Below, piece by piece: positions 12,901 through 25,900 of a stretch of DNA of 64,000 nucleotides. Numbering within the stretch: the stretch's first letter is position 1; every line of letters begins with the position of its first letter. The stretch comes from Camelus ferus. Lineage: Eukaryota. A model generated the notes under the pieces. It did no database searches and was not told the DNA's origin. It saw only the letters and a program-made list of their open reading frames with translations. The stretch spans positions 119,972,001 to 120,036,000 of the forward strand of contig NC_045697.1 of the NCBI RefSeq assembly GCF_009834535.1, read 5' to 3'. Made by a program: the position numbers and the translations under genes.

Positions 12901-15900
12901 GGAGACCAACACCACAAGATTACTGGGGGCACATTTCTCTCTGGGAGAAGTCCGCTAATTACCTCTACAGTCAATCTCTGGGCACTCGTTGCTACTTAGC
13001 TTTCAAGCCGAACCCCCAGCTTTCCCTCGCCGCACGCCCTGGAAAACACTCAGAGATTATAAGTTAAAGGTTCTATTGGAACTCAAGCACTGCAGACCTT
13101 TGTAGAACCTCCGAACACGCAGGATAACAGAAAAATTTTTTGTGTCTCTTTGAGATGGTAAAAGCTCCACGCATGTTTCAGGGTGTACTGGTGTTCCTAG
13201 GTTTTTGGGAGGTCAGATACATCCCACGACAGCCCATGGGGAAGTACTCGCGCCTGGTTGGCTTTCCAGCAAATCCCCCAGTTTCCTTTACAACCCAGCC
13301 TGAGAAAACAATCAGGAAATGTAGCTAAAGTTTCTATCAGAACCCCGGTGCTGCAGTCTGTTGTAGGAACTTCAACACACACAGGGTTCCCAAACACGGC
13401 TTTGCTTGGAAGAGTTTTGAAGCCCCAATCCACAAACATGTCTGGGGGCTCAATTTTTTCAATGTTAGGGATAAGTCCGCTAATTAGATCTACAGTCCTT
13501 CTCGGGCACCCGCTTCGACTTGGAATTCCAGCCCAACCCCATGATTCCCTTGCAGCCAGGCCTGGGTTTACACAGAGGGAAAAGAAGCTATTGGTGCTAT
13601 TCGAACCCATGCCCTGCTGACAATTGTGGAAACCTTCGAACACTGAGGATAACAGAACATAACTTTCTGTGTGTGATGGAGTAGGAAAACACACTCTAGG
13701 CATTTTTATGGGGATCCATGATTTCCCAGGTTGGGAGATATCGGCTAGATTCCTTCAGTGCCCATGGGGTGGCACTGTCTTCTTCTTCATTTTCAAGCCC
13801 AACTACAAACTTTCCCTTGCAGCCCGGACAATTGAAACACCTATGTATGACCAATAAGTGATTCTATCAGAACCACGGCGTTGCAGTCTGATGGAGGAAC
13901 CTCCAAACTTTCAGGATTCTGGAACACGTCTTTGAGTGTGGGGAGTTGTGGAACCCCAATCCACGCAGATGGATGGGGTCACAGATTGTCCCTGTTAGGG
14001 AGAAGTCTGCTAATTACCTCCACATTGCATTTGAGTCACTCGCTGCTTCTTGGATTTTCAGTCTATCCCCCAGTTTTCACTCATAGCCCATCCGTTTAAA
14101 ACACTCAGTGATAATAAGCTAGGTTTCTATTGGACCCAGGTGCGCAGAAATTATAGGTACCTCCCCACACTCAGAATAACAGAACAATACTTTGAGTGTC
14201 TGATTTAGATAGGTAAACTAAATCCACGCATATTTCATTTTGTATAGGTTTTCCTAGGTTGTGGGAGTTCGGATAATTACATCCACTGTCCATGGGGAGT
14301 CCCTTGCAGTTTCTTGGATTCCAGCCCAACCCCCAGCGTTCCCTCGCATCCCGGTCTGTGAAAACACACAGGAAAAAAAGGTACAGTTTCTATAAGAACT
14401 AAGACGCTCCTGACAGTTGTAGAAACCTCCCTACACTAAGGAAAACAGAACATAGCTTTGTGTGAGTGATGGAGTAGGAAAACACATTAAGGCATGTCCC
14501 TGGGGTGCAGGTGTTCGCAGGATGGGAAATGTTGGCTAATTACCTCCACTGCCCATGGGGGAGCACTTTCATCTTCTTCGATATCCAGCCCTAATCCTAG
14601 CATTCCCTTGCAGCCCGACCGTGGACAACACCCAGGGATGTCAAACTAAATCATTCTATCAGAACCAGGGCGCTGCTGTATGTTGCAGGAATCTCTAAAC
14701 TCTCATCATTCCGGAACACGGAATTGATTGGAAGAATTTTGAAGCCCCACAACACACTCATCCCTGGGGCCCAAGATTTTCCCTTTTATGGCCAAGTCCG
14801 CTAATTACCTCAATAGTCCATCTCGGGGCACTCGCAGGTACTTGGATTTCCAGCACAAACCCAAGATTTCCCTCGCAGCCCGGCCTGGGAGAACCCACAG
14901 GAAAATATGTTATTGGTTGTAATGTAACCCAGTCTCTACCTACGGTAGTAGTAATCTTCCCAGAACTAGGATAAAAGCAGAAAAATTTGTGTGTCTGATG
15001 GAGATGGGTAAACAATCTCCAAGTATGTATCAGGGGGCTAAGATGTTTCAAGGCATTGGGATGTCGGAAAATTACCTCACATTCTCATGGGGAGTAACTC
15101 GGTGCTGCTATGAATTAAAGCCAAGCCCACAGCTTTACCTCGCAGCCAGGCCTGTGAAAAAACTCACGGAAATCTAAATAATGGTGCTACTAGTACACAG
15201 GTGTTGCTGAAAGTTTTAGAATCCTCCCCACCTCAGGATAGCAGAACAAATTTTTGTGTGTAATGGTGGAGGAAAATACACTCCAGGCAAGTTTCCGGGG
15301 GTACAGCTGTTTCCAGGTTTGGAGATGTCGCATAATTGCCTCCACTTCCAATGGGGAGGCACTCTATACTTCTTCGCTTTCCAGACCACCTCCCAGCTTT
15401 CGTGTGAAGCCCGGCCTAAGAAAAAACCTAGGGATGACAATATTAGTGATTCTATCAGAACCCCCACTCTGCTGTCTTTTGGAGGTACAACACCACACTC
15501 AAAATTCCGGAAAATGTCTTTGCTTGGTGGAGGTTTGGAGACCAATACCACAAGATGCCTGGGGGCACAGTTTCTCTCTGTCTGGCAGAAGCCCACTTAT
15601 TACCTCTAAATTCAATTTCTGGGCAATCCTGGCTACTTGGCTTTCCATTCGAACCCCCAGTTTCCCTCACTCCGCCCTGGAAAACACTCAGAGATTATAA
15701 GCTAGTGGTTCTATTGGAACCAAGGCACTGCAGACCGTTGTAGGAAGCTCCGCACACGCAGGATAACAGAACAATTTTTTTGTGTCTGATTGAGATGGTA
15801 AAAACTCCACGCCTTTTTCAGGGGGTACAGGTTTTCCTAGGTTGGGGGAGGTCAGATTATTCCCATTAATGCCCATGGGGAGGTAATCGCTCCTGCTTGG

Positions 15901-18900
15901 ATTTCCATCCCATCCCCAAGTGTCCCTTGCAACTCAGTCAGAGAAAACAGTCAGGAAATTTAGGTAAGTTTGTATTAGAACCCAGGCGGTGCTCACAGTT
16001 GTAGAAACCTCCCCATACACAGGGTAACAGAACAACTTCTTTGGTGTTGTGATGGAGTAGGAATACACAGTCCATGCATGTATTTGGGGTGCAAGTGTAA
16101 CCAGGTCTGGTAGACGTTGGCTAAGTATCTCCACAGCCCATGGGGAGGCACTCTGTTTTCTTCGTTTTCCAGCCCTATCCCAGCTTTCGCTTGCAGACCG
16201 GGTTAGGAAAACACCCAGGGATGACAAACTAAATCATTCTATCAGAACAAGTGCGCTCCTATATGATGGAGGAACCTCCAAACACTCAGGATTCCGGAAC
16301 AGGGATTTGCTTGGTGCGATTGTGAGGCCCCACAGCACACTCATTGCTGGGGCCCAAGATTTTCCCTTTTAGGACAAGTCTGCTAATTACCTCCATAGTC
16401 CATCTCGAGGCACTCGCTGCTACTTGGATTTCCAGCCCAAACCCAAGCTTACACACACAGCCCGTACTGGGACTACACACAGGTTAAAATATGTTATTGG
16501 TTATAATGGAACCCAGTCTCTACCTACAGTTGTAGGAATCTTCCCACAACTAGGCTAAAAGAAGAAACATTTGTGTGTCTGATGGAGATGGGTAAACAAA
16601 CTCCACACATGTATCAGGGGGCTTAGGTGTTCCAAGGCTGTGGGACGTCGGAAAATTTCCTCAAATTCTCATGGGAGTAACTCGCTGCTGCTAACGAATT
16701 TCAGCCAAGCCCACAAGCTTTACCTCGCAGCCAGGGTTGTGAAAAAACTCATGGAAAACAAAATACTGGTTCTAGTAGAACCAAGGCGCTGCTGAAAGTT
16801 GTGGAATCCTCCCCACACTCAGGATAGCAGAACACGCCTTTGTGTGTTTGATGGTGTAGAAAAATACACTCCAGGCATATTTCTGGGGTACAGCTGTTCC
16901 CAGGTTAGAGATGTCGCCTAATAACCTCCACTGACAATGGGGAGGCAATCTAAACTTCTTCGCTTTGCAGAATATCTCCCAAATTTCCCATACAGCCCGG
17001 CGTACGAAAACACCTTGGGATGAAAATATTAGTGATTCTATGAGAAACCCCTCGATGCTGCCTGTTGGAGGTACAACAAAAACTCAAAATTCTGGAACAT
17101 AGCTTTGCTTGGTGGAGGTGTGGAGACCAACACCACAAGATTACTGGGGGCACAGTTCTCTCTGGGAGAAGTCCGCTAATTACCTCTACAGTCAATCTCT
17201 GGGCACTCGTTGCTACTTGGCTTCAAGCCGAACCCCCAGCTTTCCCTCGCCGCACGCCCTGGAAAACACTCAGAGATTATAAGTTAAAGGTTCTATTGGA
17301 ACTCAAGCACTGCAGACCTTTGTAGGAACCTCCGAACACGCAGGATAACAGAAAAAATTTTTTGTGTCTCATTGAGATGGTAAAAGCTCCACGCATGTTT
17401 TCAGGGTGTACTGGTGTTCCTAGGTTTTGGGAGGTCAGATACAACCCACTACAGCCCATGGGGGAAGTACTCGCGCCTGGTTGGCTTTCCAGCAAATCCC
17501 CCAGTTTCCTTTACAACCCAGCCTGAGAAAACAATCAGGAAATGTAGCTAAAGTTTCTATCAGAACCCCGGTGCTGCAGTCTGTTGTAGGAACTTCAACA
17601 CACCAGGGTTCCCAAACACGGCTTTGCTTGGAAGAGTTTTGAAGCCCCAATCCACAAACATGTCTGGGGGCTCAATTTTTTCCCTGTTAGGGATAAGTCC
17701 GCCTAATTAGATCTACAGTCCTTCTCGGGCACCCGCTGCGACTTGGAATTCCAGCCCAACCCCCCAAGATTCCCTTGCAGCCAGGCCTGGGTTTTACACA
17801 GAGGGAAAAGAAGCTATTGGTGCTATTCGAACCCATGCCCTGCTGACACTTGTGGAAACCTTCGAACACTCAGGATAACAGAACATATCTTTCTGTGTGT
17901 GATGGAGTAGGAAAACACACTCCAGGCATTTTTATGGGGATCCATGATTTCCCAGGTTGGGAGATATCGGCTAGATTCCTTCAGTGCCCATGGGGTGGCA
18001 CTGTCTTCTTCTTCATTTTCAAGCCCAACTCCAAGCTTTCCCTTGCAGCCCGGACAATTGAAACACCCATGTATGACCAATAAGTGATTCTATCAGAACC
18101 AAGGCATTGCAGTCTGATGGAGGAACCTCCAAATTTTCAGAATTCTGGAACACGTCTTTGAGTGTGGGGAGTTGTGGAACCCCAATCCACGCAGATGGAT
18201 GGGGTCACAGATTTGTCCCTGTTAGGAGAAGTCCGCTAATTACCTCCACAGTGCATCTTGGGCACTCGCTGCTTCTTGGATTTTCAGTCTATCCCCCAGT
18301 TTACACTTACAGCCCAAATTTTAAAACACTCAATGATAATAAGCTACGTTTTATTGGACCCAGGTGCTGCAGACAATTGTAGGTACATCCCCACACTCAG
18401 AATAACAGAACAATACTTTGAGTGTCTGATTTAGATAGGTAAACTAAATCCATGCATGTTTCATTTTGTATAGGTTTTCCTAGTTTGTGGGAGTTCGGAT
18501 AATTACATCCACTCTCCATGGTGTGCCCCTTGCCGTTTCTTGGATTCCCAGCCCAAACCCCAGCATTCCCTCGCATCCCGGCCTGTGAAAAGACTCAGGA
18601 AAATTAGCTACAGTTTCTATAAGAAGTAAGGCACTCCTGACAGTTGTAGAAACCTCCCTACACTAAGGAAAACAGAACACAGCTTTGTGTGTGTGATGTA
18701 GTAGGAAAACACAGTAAGGCATATCTCTGGGGTTCAGGTGTTCGCAGGTTGTGAAATGTTGGCTAATTACCTCCACTGCCCGTGGGGAAGTACTCTCTTC
18801 TTCTTCGATATCCAGCCCTATTCCTAGCATTCCCTTGAAGCCCGACCATGGAAAACACCCAGGGATGACAAACTAAATCTTCTGTTAGAACCAGGGTGCT

Positions 18901-19938
18901 GCTGTACGTTGGAGGAACCTCCAAACACTCAGGATTCCGGAACACAGATTTGCTTGATGCGAATTGTGAAGCCCCACAGCACACTCTATGCTGGGGCCCA
19001 AGATTTTCCCTTTTAGGGCTAAGTCGGCTAATTACCTCCATAGTCCATTTCGGGGCATTCGTTTACTTGGATTTAAAGCCCAAACCCAAGCTTTCCCACG
19101 CAGACCGGCCTGGGAAATCACACAGGGAAAATATGTTATTGGTTGTAACAGAACCCAGGCTCTACTTACCGTTGTAGGAAACTTCCCACAACTAGGATAA
19201 AAGAAGAAATATTTTTGTGTCTGATGGAGATGAGTAAACACACTCCAAGCATGTATCATTGTGCTTGGGGTTTCCAAGGCTGTGGGACGTCGGAAAATTA
19301 CCTCAAATTCTCATGGGGTGTAACTCGCTGCTGCTGCGAATTACAGCCAAGCCCACAGCTTTACCACGCAGCCAGGCCTGTGAAAAAATTAAAGGAAAAC
19401 TAAATACTGGTGCTACTAGAACCCAGGAGCTGCTGAAAATTGTAGAATACTCCGCACACTCAGGATAGCAGAACAAATTTTTTTGTGTGTGAAGGTGTAT
19501 GAAAATACACTCCAGGCATGTTTCCGGGGGTACAGGTGTTCCCAGGTTTGGAGATGTCGCCTAATTACCTCCACTGCCAATGGGGAGGCACTCTATACTT
19601 CTTCGCTTTCCAGACTAATTCCCAGCTTTCCTTTGAAGCCCGGCCTAAGGAAACACCTTGGGATGACAATATTAGTGATTCTATCAGAACCCCATCTCTG
19701 CTGACAGTTGGAGGTACAACACACACTCAAATTTCCGGGAAATGGCTTTGCTTGGTGGAGGTGTGGAGACAAACACCACAGGATTCCTGGGGGCACAGTT
19801 TCTCTCTGTCTGGGAGAAGCCCACTAATTACCTCTACAGTCAATTTCTGGGCAATCCTGGCTACTTGTCTTTCCAGCCGAACCCCCAGATTCCCTCGCAG
19901 CCCACCCTGGAAAACACTCAGTGATTATTAGCTAGTGG
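9965..19938 (+). repeat. Complete 38-mer HOR copy 2
   Basis: Bounded by the private variant GTGATTATTAGCTAGTGGTTCTGTTGGAAACCAGAC ending at ~9982 and ~19956. Confidence 0.92.
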
Positions 19939-22900
19939 TTCTGTTGGAAACCAGACACTGCTGACCGTTGTAGGAAGTTCCGCACACGCAGGATAACAGA
20001 ACACTATTTTTGGGTCAGATTGAGATGGTAAAAACTCAACGCATGTTTCAGGGGGTACAGGTTTTCTTAGGTTGGGGGACGTCAGATTATTCCCATTAAT
20101 GCCCATGGGAAATAATCATTCCTTCTTGGATTTCCATTCCATCCCCCAGTTTCCCTTGCAACCCAGTCAGAGGAAGCAGTCAGGAAATTTAGCTAAATTT
20201 TTTTAGAACCCAGGCGCTGCTGACCGTTTTAGAAACTTCCCCATACACAGGGTAACAGAACACTTCTTTGTGTGTTTGATGGAGTAGGAATACCAAGTCC
20301 ATGCATGTATCTAGGGTTCAGGTGTAACCAGGTTTGGAGACGTTGGCTAAATATCTCCACATCCCATGGGGTGGCATTCTGTTTTCTTCGTTTTTCAGCC
20401 CTATTCCCAGCTTTCCCTTGCAGCCCGGACATGTGAAACACCCATGGATGACAAATAAGTGATTCTATCAGAACCCTGGCGTTGCTGCCTGTTGGAGGAA
20501 CCTCCAAACCTTCAGGATTCTGGAACACGTCTTTGAGTTTGGGGAGTTGTGGAACCCCAATCCACGCAGATGGATGGGGTCACAGATTTGTCCCTGTTAG
20601 GGAGAAGCCTGCTAATTAACTCCACAGTGCATCTTGGGGCACTCGCTGCTTCTTAGATTTTCAGTCTATCCCCCAGTTTTTCCCACGCAGCCCGGCCTTG
20701 TAATACACTCAGTGATAATAAGCTAGGTTTCTATTGGAACCCAGGTGCTACAGACAATTGTAGGAACCTACCGTCACTCAGAATAACAGAACAATAATTT
20801 GAATGTCTGATTTAGATGGGTAAACTAAATCCACGCATGTTTCAGGTTGTATAGGCGATCCTAGGCTGTGGGAGGTCGGATAATTACATCCACTGTCCAT
20901 GGGGAGTCCCTTGCAGTTTCTTGGATTCCAGCCCAACCCCCAGTGTTCCCTCGCATCCCGGTCTGTGAAAACACATAGGGAAAAAAAGCTACAGTTACTA
21001 TAAGAACTAAGACGCACCTGACAGATGTAGAAACCTCCCTACACTAAGGAAAAGAGAACATAGCTTTGTTTGTGTGATGGAGTAGGAAAACACATTAAGG
21101 CATGTCTCTGGGGTGCAGGTTTCGCAGGATGGGAAATGTTGGCTAATTACCTCCACTGCCCATGGGGAGCACTTTCATCTTCTTCGATATCCAGCCCTAA
21201 TCCTAGCATTACCTTGCAGCCCGACCGTGGAAAACACCCAGGGATGTCAAACTAAATCATTCTATCAGAACAAGGACGCTGCTGTATGTTGGGGTTTTGA
21301 ATAGCACAAGATGCCTGGGGGCACAGTTTCTCTCTGTCTGGCAGAAGTCCGCTTATTACCTCTAAATTCAATTTCTGGGCAATCCTGGCTACTTGGCTTT
21401 CCATTCGAACCCCCAGTTTCCCTCGCAGCCCGCCCTGGAAAACACTCAGAGATTATAAGCTAGTGGTTCTATTGGAACAAAGGCACTGCAGACCATTGTA
21501 GGTAGCTCCGCACACGCAGGATAACAGAACACATTTTTTTGTGTCTGATTGAGATGGTAAAAACTCCATGCATGTCTCAGGGGGTACAGGTTTTCCTAGG
21601 TTGGGGGAGGTCAGATTATTCCCATTAATGCCCATGGGGAGGTAATCGCTCCTGCTTGGATTTCCATCCGATCCCCAATGTCCCTTGCAACCCATTCAGA
21701 GAAAACAGTCAGGAAATTTAGGTAAGTTTGTATTAGAACTCAGGCGGTGCTCACAGTTGTAGAAACCTCCCCATATACAGGGTAACAGAACCCTTCTTTG
21801 GTGTGAGATGGAGTAGGAATACACAGTCCATGCATGTATTTGGGGTGCAGATGTAACCAGGTTGGGAGACGTTGGCTAAGTATCTACACAGCACATGGGG
21901 AGGCACTCTGTTTTCTTCGTTTTCCAGCCCTACTCCCAGCTTTCGCTTGCAGACCGGGTTAGGAAAACACCCAGGGATGACAAACTAAATCATTCTATCA
22001 GAACAAGTGCGCTCCTATATGATGGAGGAACCTCCAAACACTCAGGATTCCGGAACAGGGATTTGCTTGGTGCGAATTGTGAAGCCCCACAGCACACTCA
22101 TTGCTGGGGCCCAAGATTTTCCCTTTTAGGTCCAAGTCCGCTAATTACCTCCATAGTCCATCTCGAGGCACTCGCTGCTACTTGGATTTCCAGCCCAAAC
22201 CCAAGCTTTCACACGCAGCCCGGACTGGGAATACACACAGGTAAAATATGTTATTGGTTATAATGGAACCCAGTCTCTACCTACAGTTGTAGGAATCTTC
22301 CCACAACTAGGATAAAAGAAGAAACATTTGTGTGTCTGATGGAGATGGGTAAACAAACTCCACGCATGTATCAGGGGGCTTAGGTGTTCCAAGGCTGTGG
22401 GACGTCGGAAAATTTCCTCAAATTCTCATGGGGAGTAACTCGCTGCTGCTACGAATTTCAGCCAAGCCCACAGCTTTACCTCGCAGCCAGGCCTGTGAAA
22501 ATACTCATGGAAAACAAAATAATGGTTCTACTAGAACCTAGGCGCTGCTGAAAGTTGTGGAATCCTCCCCACACTCAGGATAGCAGAACACGCCTTTGTG
22601 TGTTTGATGGTGTAGAAAAATACACTCCAGGCATATTTCTGGCGGTACAGCTGTTCCCAGGTTTAGAGATGTCGCCTAATAACCTACACTGCCAATGGGG
22701 AGGCAATCTATACTTCTTCGCTTTGCAGACCATCTCCCAAATTTCCCTTACAGCCCGGCATATGAAAACACATTGGGATGACAATATTAGTGATTCTATG
22801 AGAAACCCCTCGATGCTGCCTGTTGGAGGTACAACAAAACTCAAAATTCTGCAACATAGATTTGCTTGGTGGAGGTGTGGAGACCAACACCACAAGATTA

Positions 22901-25900
22901 CTGGGGGCACATTTCTCTCTGGGAGAAGTCCGCTAATTACCTCTACAGTCAATCTCTGGGCACTCGTTGCTACTTAGCTTTCAAGCCGAACCCCCAGCTT
23001 TCCCTCGCCGCACGCCCTGGAAAACACTCAGAGATTATAAGTTAAAGGTTCTATTGGAACTCAAGCACTGCAGACCTTTGTAGAACCTCCGAACACGCAG
23101 GATAACAGAAAAATTTTTTTGTGTCTCTTTGAGATGGTAAAAGCTCCACGCATGTTTCAGGGTGTACTGGTGTTCCTAGGTTTTTGGGAGGTCAGATACA
23201 TCCCACGACAGCCCATGGGGAAGTACTCGCGCCTGGTTGGCTTTCCAGCAAATCCCCCAGTTTCCTTTACAACCCAGCCTGAGAAAACAATCAGGAAATG
23301 TAGCTAAAGTTTCTATCAGAACCCCGGTGCTGCAGTCTGTTGTAGGAACTTCAACACACACAGGGTTCCCAAACACGGCTTTGCTTGGAAGAGTTTTGAA
23401 GCCCCAATCCACAAACATGTCTGGGGGCTCAATTTTTTCAATGTTAGGGATAAGTCCGCTAATTAGATCTACAGTCCTTCTCGGGCACCCGCTTCGACTT
23501 GGAATTCCAGCCCAACACCCATGATTCCCTTGCAGCCAGGCCTGGGTTTACACAGAGGGAAAAGAAGCTATTGGTGCTATTCGAACCCATGCCCTGCTGA
23601 CAATTGTGGAAACCTTCGAACACTGAGGATAACAGAACATAACTTTCTGTGTGTGATGGAGTAGGAAAACACACTCTAGGCATTTTTATGGGGATCCATG
23701 ATTTCCCAGGTTGGGAGATATCGGCTAGATTCCTTCAGTGCCCATGGGGTGGCACTGTCTTCTTCTTCATTTTCAAGCCCAACTACAAACTTTCCCTTGC
23801 AGCCCGGACAATTGAAACACCTATGTATGACCAATAAGTGATTCTATCAGAACCACGGCGTTGCAGTCTGATGGAGGAACCTCCAAACTTTCAGGATTCT
23901 GGAACACGTCTTTGAGTGTGGGGAGTTGTGGAACCCCAATCCACGCAGATGGATGGGGTCACAGATTTGTCCCTGTTAGGGAGAAGTCTGCTAATTACCT
24001 CCACATTGCATTTGAGTCACTCGCTGCTTCTTGGATTTTCAGTCTATCCCCCAGTTTTCACTCATAGCCCATCCGTTTAAAACACTCAGTGATAATAAGC
24101 TAGGTTTCTATTGGACCCAGGTGCTGCAGAAAATTATAGGTACCTCCCCACACTCAGAATAACAGAACAATACTTTGAGTGTCTGATTTAGATAGGTAAA
24201 CTAAATCCACGCATATTTCATTTTGTATAGGTTTTCCTAGGTTGTGGGAGTTCGGATAATTACATCCACTGTCCATGGGGAGTCCCTTGCAGTTTCTTGG
24301 ATTCCAGCCCAACCCCCAGCGTTCCCTCGCATCCCGGTCTGTGAAAACACACAGGAAAAAAAGGTACAGTTTCTATAAGAACTAAGACGCTCCTGACAGT
24401 TGTAGAAACCTCCCTACACTAAGGAAAACAGAACATAGCTTTGTGTGAGTGATGGAGTAGGAAAACACATTAAGGCATGTCCCTGGGGTGCAGGTGTTCG
24501 CAGGATGGGAAATGTTGGCTAATTACCTCCACTGCCCATGGGGGAGCACTTTCATCTTCTTCGATATCCAGCCCTAATCCTAGCATTCCCTTGCAGCCCG
24601 ACCGTGGACAACACCCAGGGATGTCAAACTAAATCATTCTATCAGAACCAGGGCGCTGCTGTATGTTGCAGGAATCTCTAAACTCTCATCATTCCGGAAC
24701 ACGGAATTGATTGGAAGAATTTTGAAGCCCCACAACACACTCATCCCTGGGGCCCAAGATTTTCCCTTTTATGGCCAAGTCCGCTAATTACCTCAATAGT
24801 CCATCTCGGGGCACTCGCAGGTACTTGGATTTCCAGCACAAACCCAAGATTTCCCTCGCAGCCCGGCCTGGGAGAACCCACAGGAAAATATGTTATTGGT
24901 TGTAATGTAACCCAGTCTCTACCTACGGTAGTAGTAATCTTCCCAGAACTAGGATAAAAGCAGAAAAATTTGTGTGTCTGATGGAGATGGGTAAACAATC
25001 TCCAAGTATGTATCAGGGGGCTAAGATGTTTCAAGGCATTGGGATGTCGGAAAATTACCTCACATTCTCATGGGGAGTAACTCGGTGCTGCTATGAATTA
25101 AAGCCAAGCCCACAGCTTTACCTCGCAGCCAGGCCTGTGAAAAAACTCACGGAAATCTAAATAATGGTGCTACTAGTACACAGGTGTTGCTGAAAGTTTT
25201 AGAATCCTCCCCACTCTCAGGATAGCAGAACAAATTTTGTGTGTGTAATGGTGGAGGAAAATACACTCCAGGCAAGTTTCCGGGGGTACAGCTGTTTCCA
25301 GGTTTGGAGATGTCGCATAATTGCCTCCACTTCCAATGGGGAGGCACTCTATACTTCTTCGCTTTCCAGACCACCTCCCAGCTTTCGTGTGAAGCCCGGC
25401 CTAAGAAAAAACCTAGGGATGACAATATTAGTGATTCTATCAGAACCCCCACTCTGCTGTCTTTTGGAGGTACAACACACACTCAAAATTCCGGAAAATG
25501 TCTTTGCTTGGTGGAGGTTTGGAGACCAATACCACAAGATGCCTGGGGGCACAGTTTCTCTCTGTCTGGCAGAAGCCCACTTATTACCTCTAAATTCAAT
25601 TTCTGGGCAATCCTGGCTACTTGGCTTTCCATTCGAACCCCCAGTTTCCCTCACAGTCCGCCCTGGAAAACACTCAGAGATTATAAGCTAGTGGTTCTAT
25701 TGGAACCAAGGCACTGCAGACCGTTGTAGGAAGCTCCGCACACGCAGGATAACAGAACAATTTTTTTGTGTCTGATTGAGATGGTAAAAACTCCACGCCT
25801 TTTTCAGGGGGTACAGGTTTTCCTAGGTTGGGGGAGGTCAGATTATTCCCATTAATGCCCATGGGGAGGTAATCGCTCCTGCTTGGATTTCCATCCCATC

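Noticed and set aside
1..19100. Scattered 1-2 bp indels between HOR copies (e.g. extra AC at ~8, GGAGGGAACC at ~545, many at 17.2-18.6 kb)
   Set aside because: They are mostly in homopolymer or dinucleotide runs and private to one copy, consistent with long-read consensus error, so I did not treat them as biological variants.
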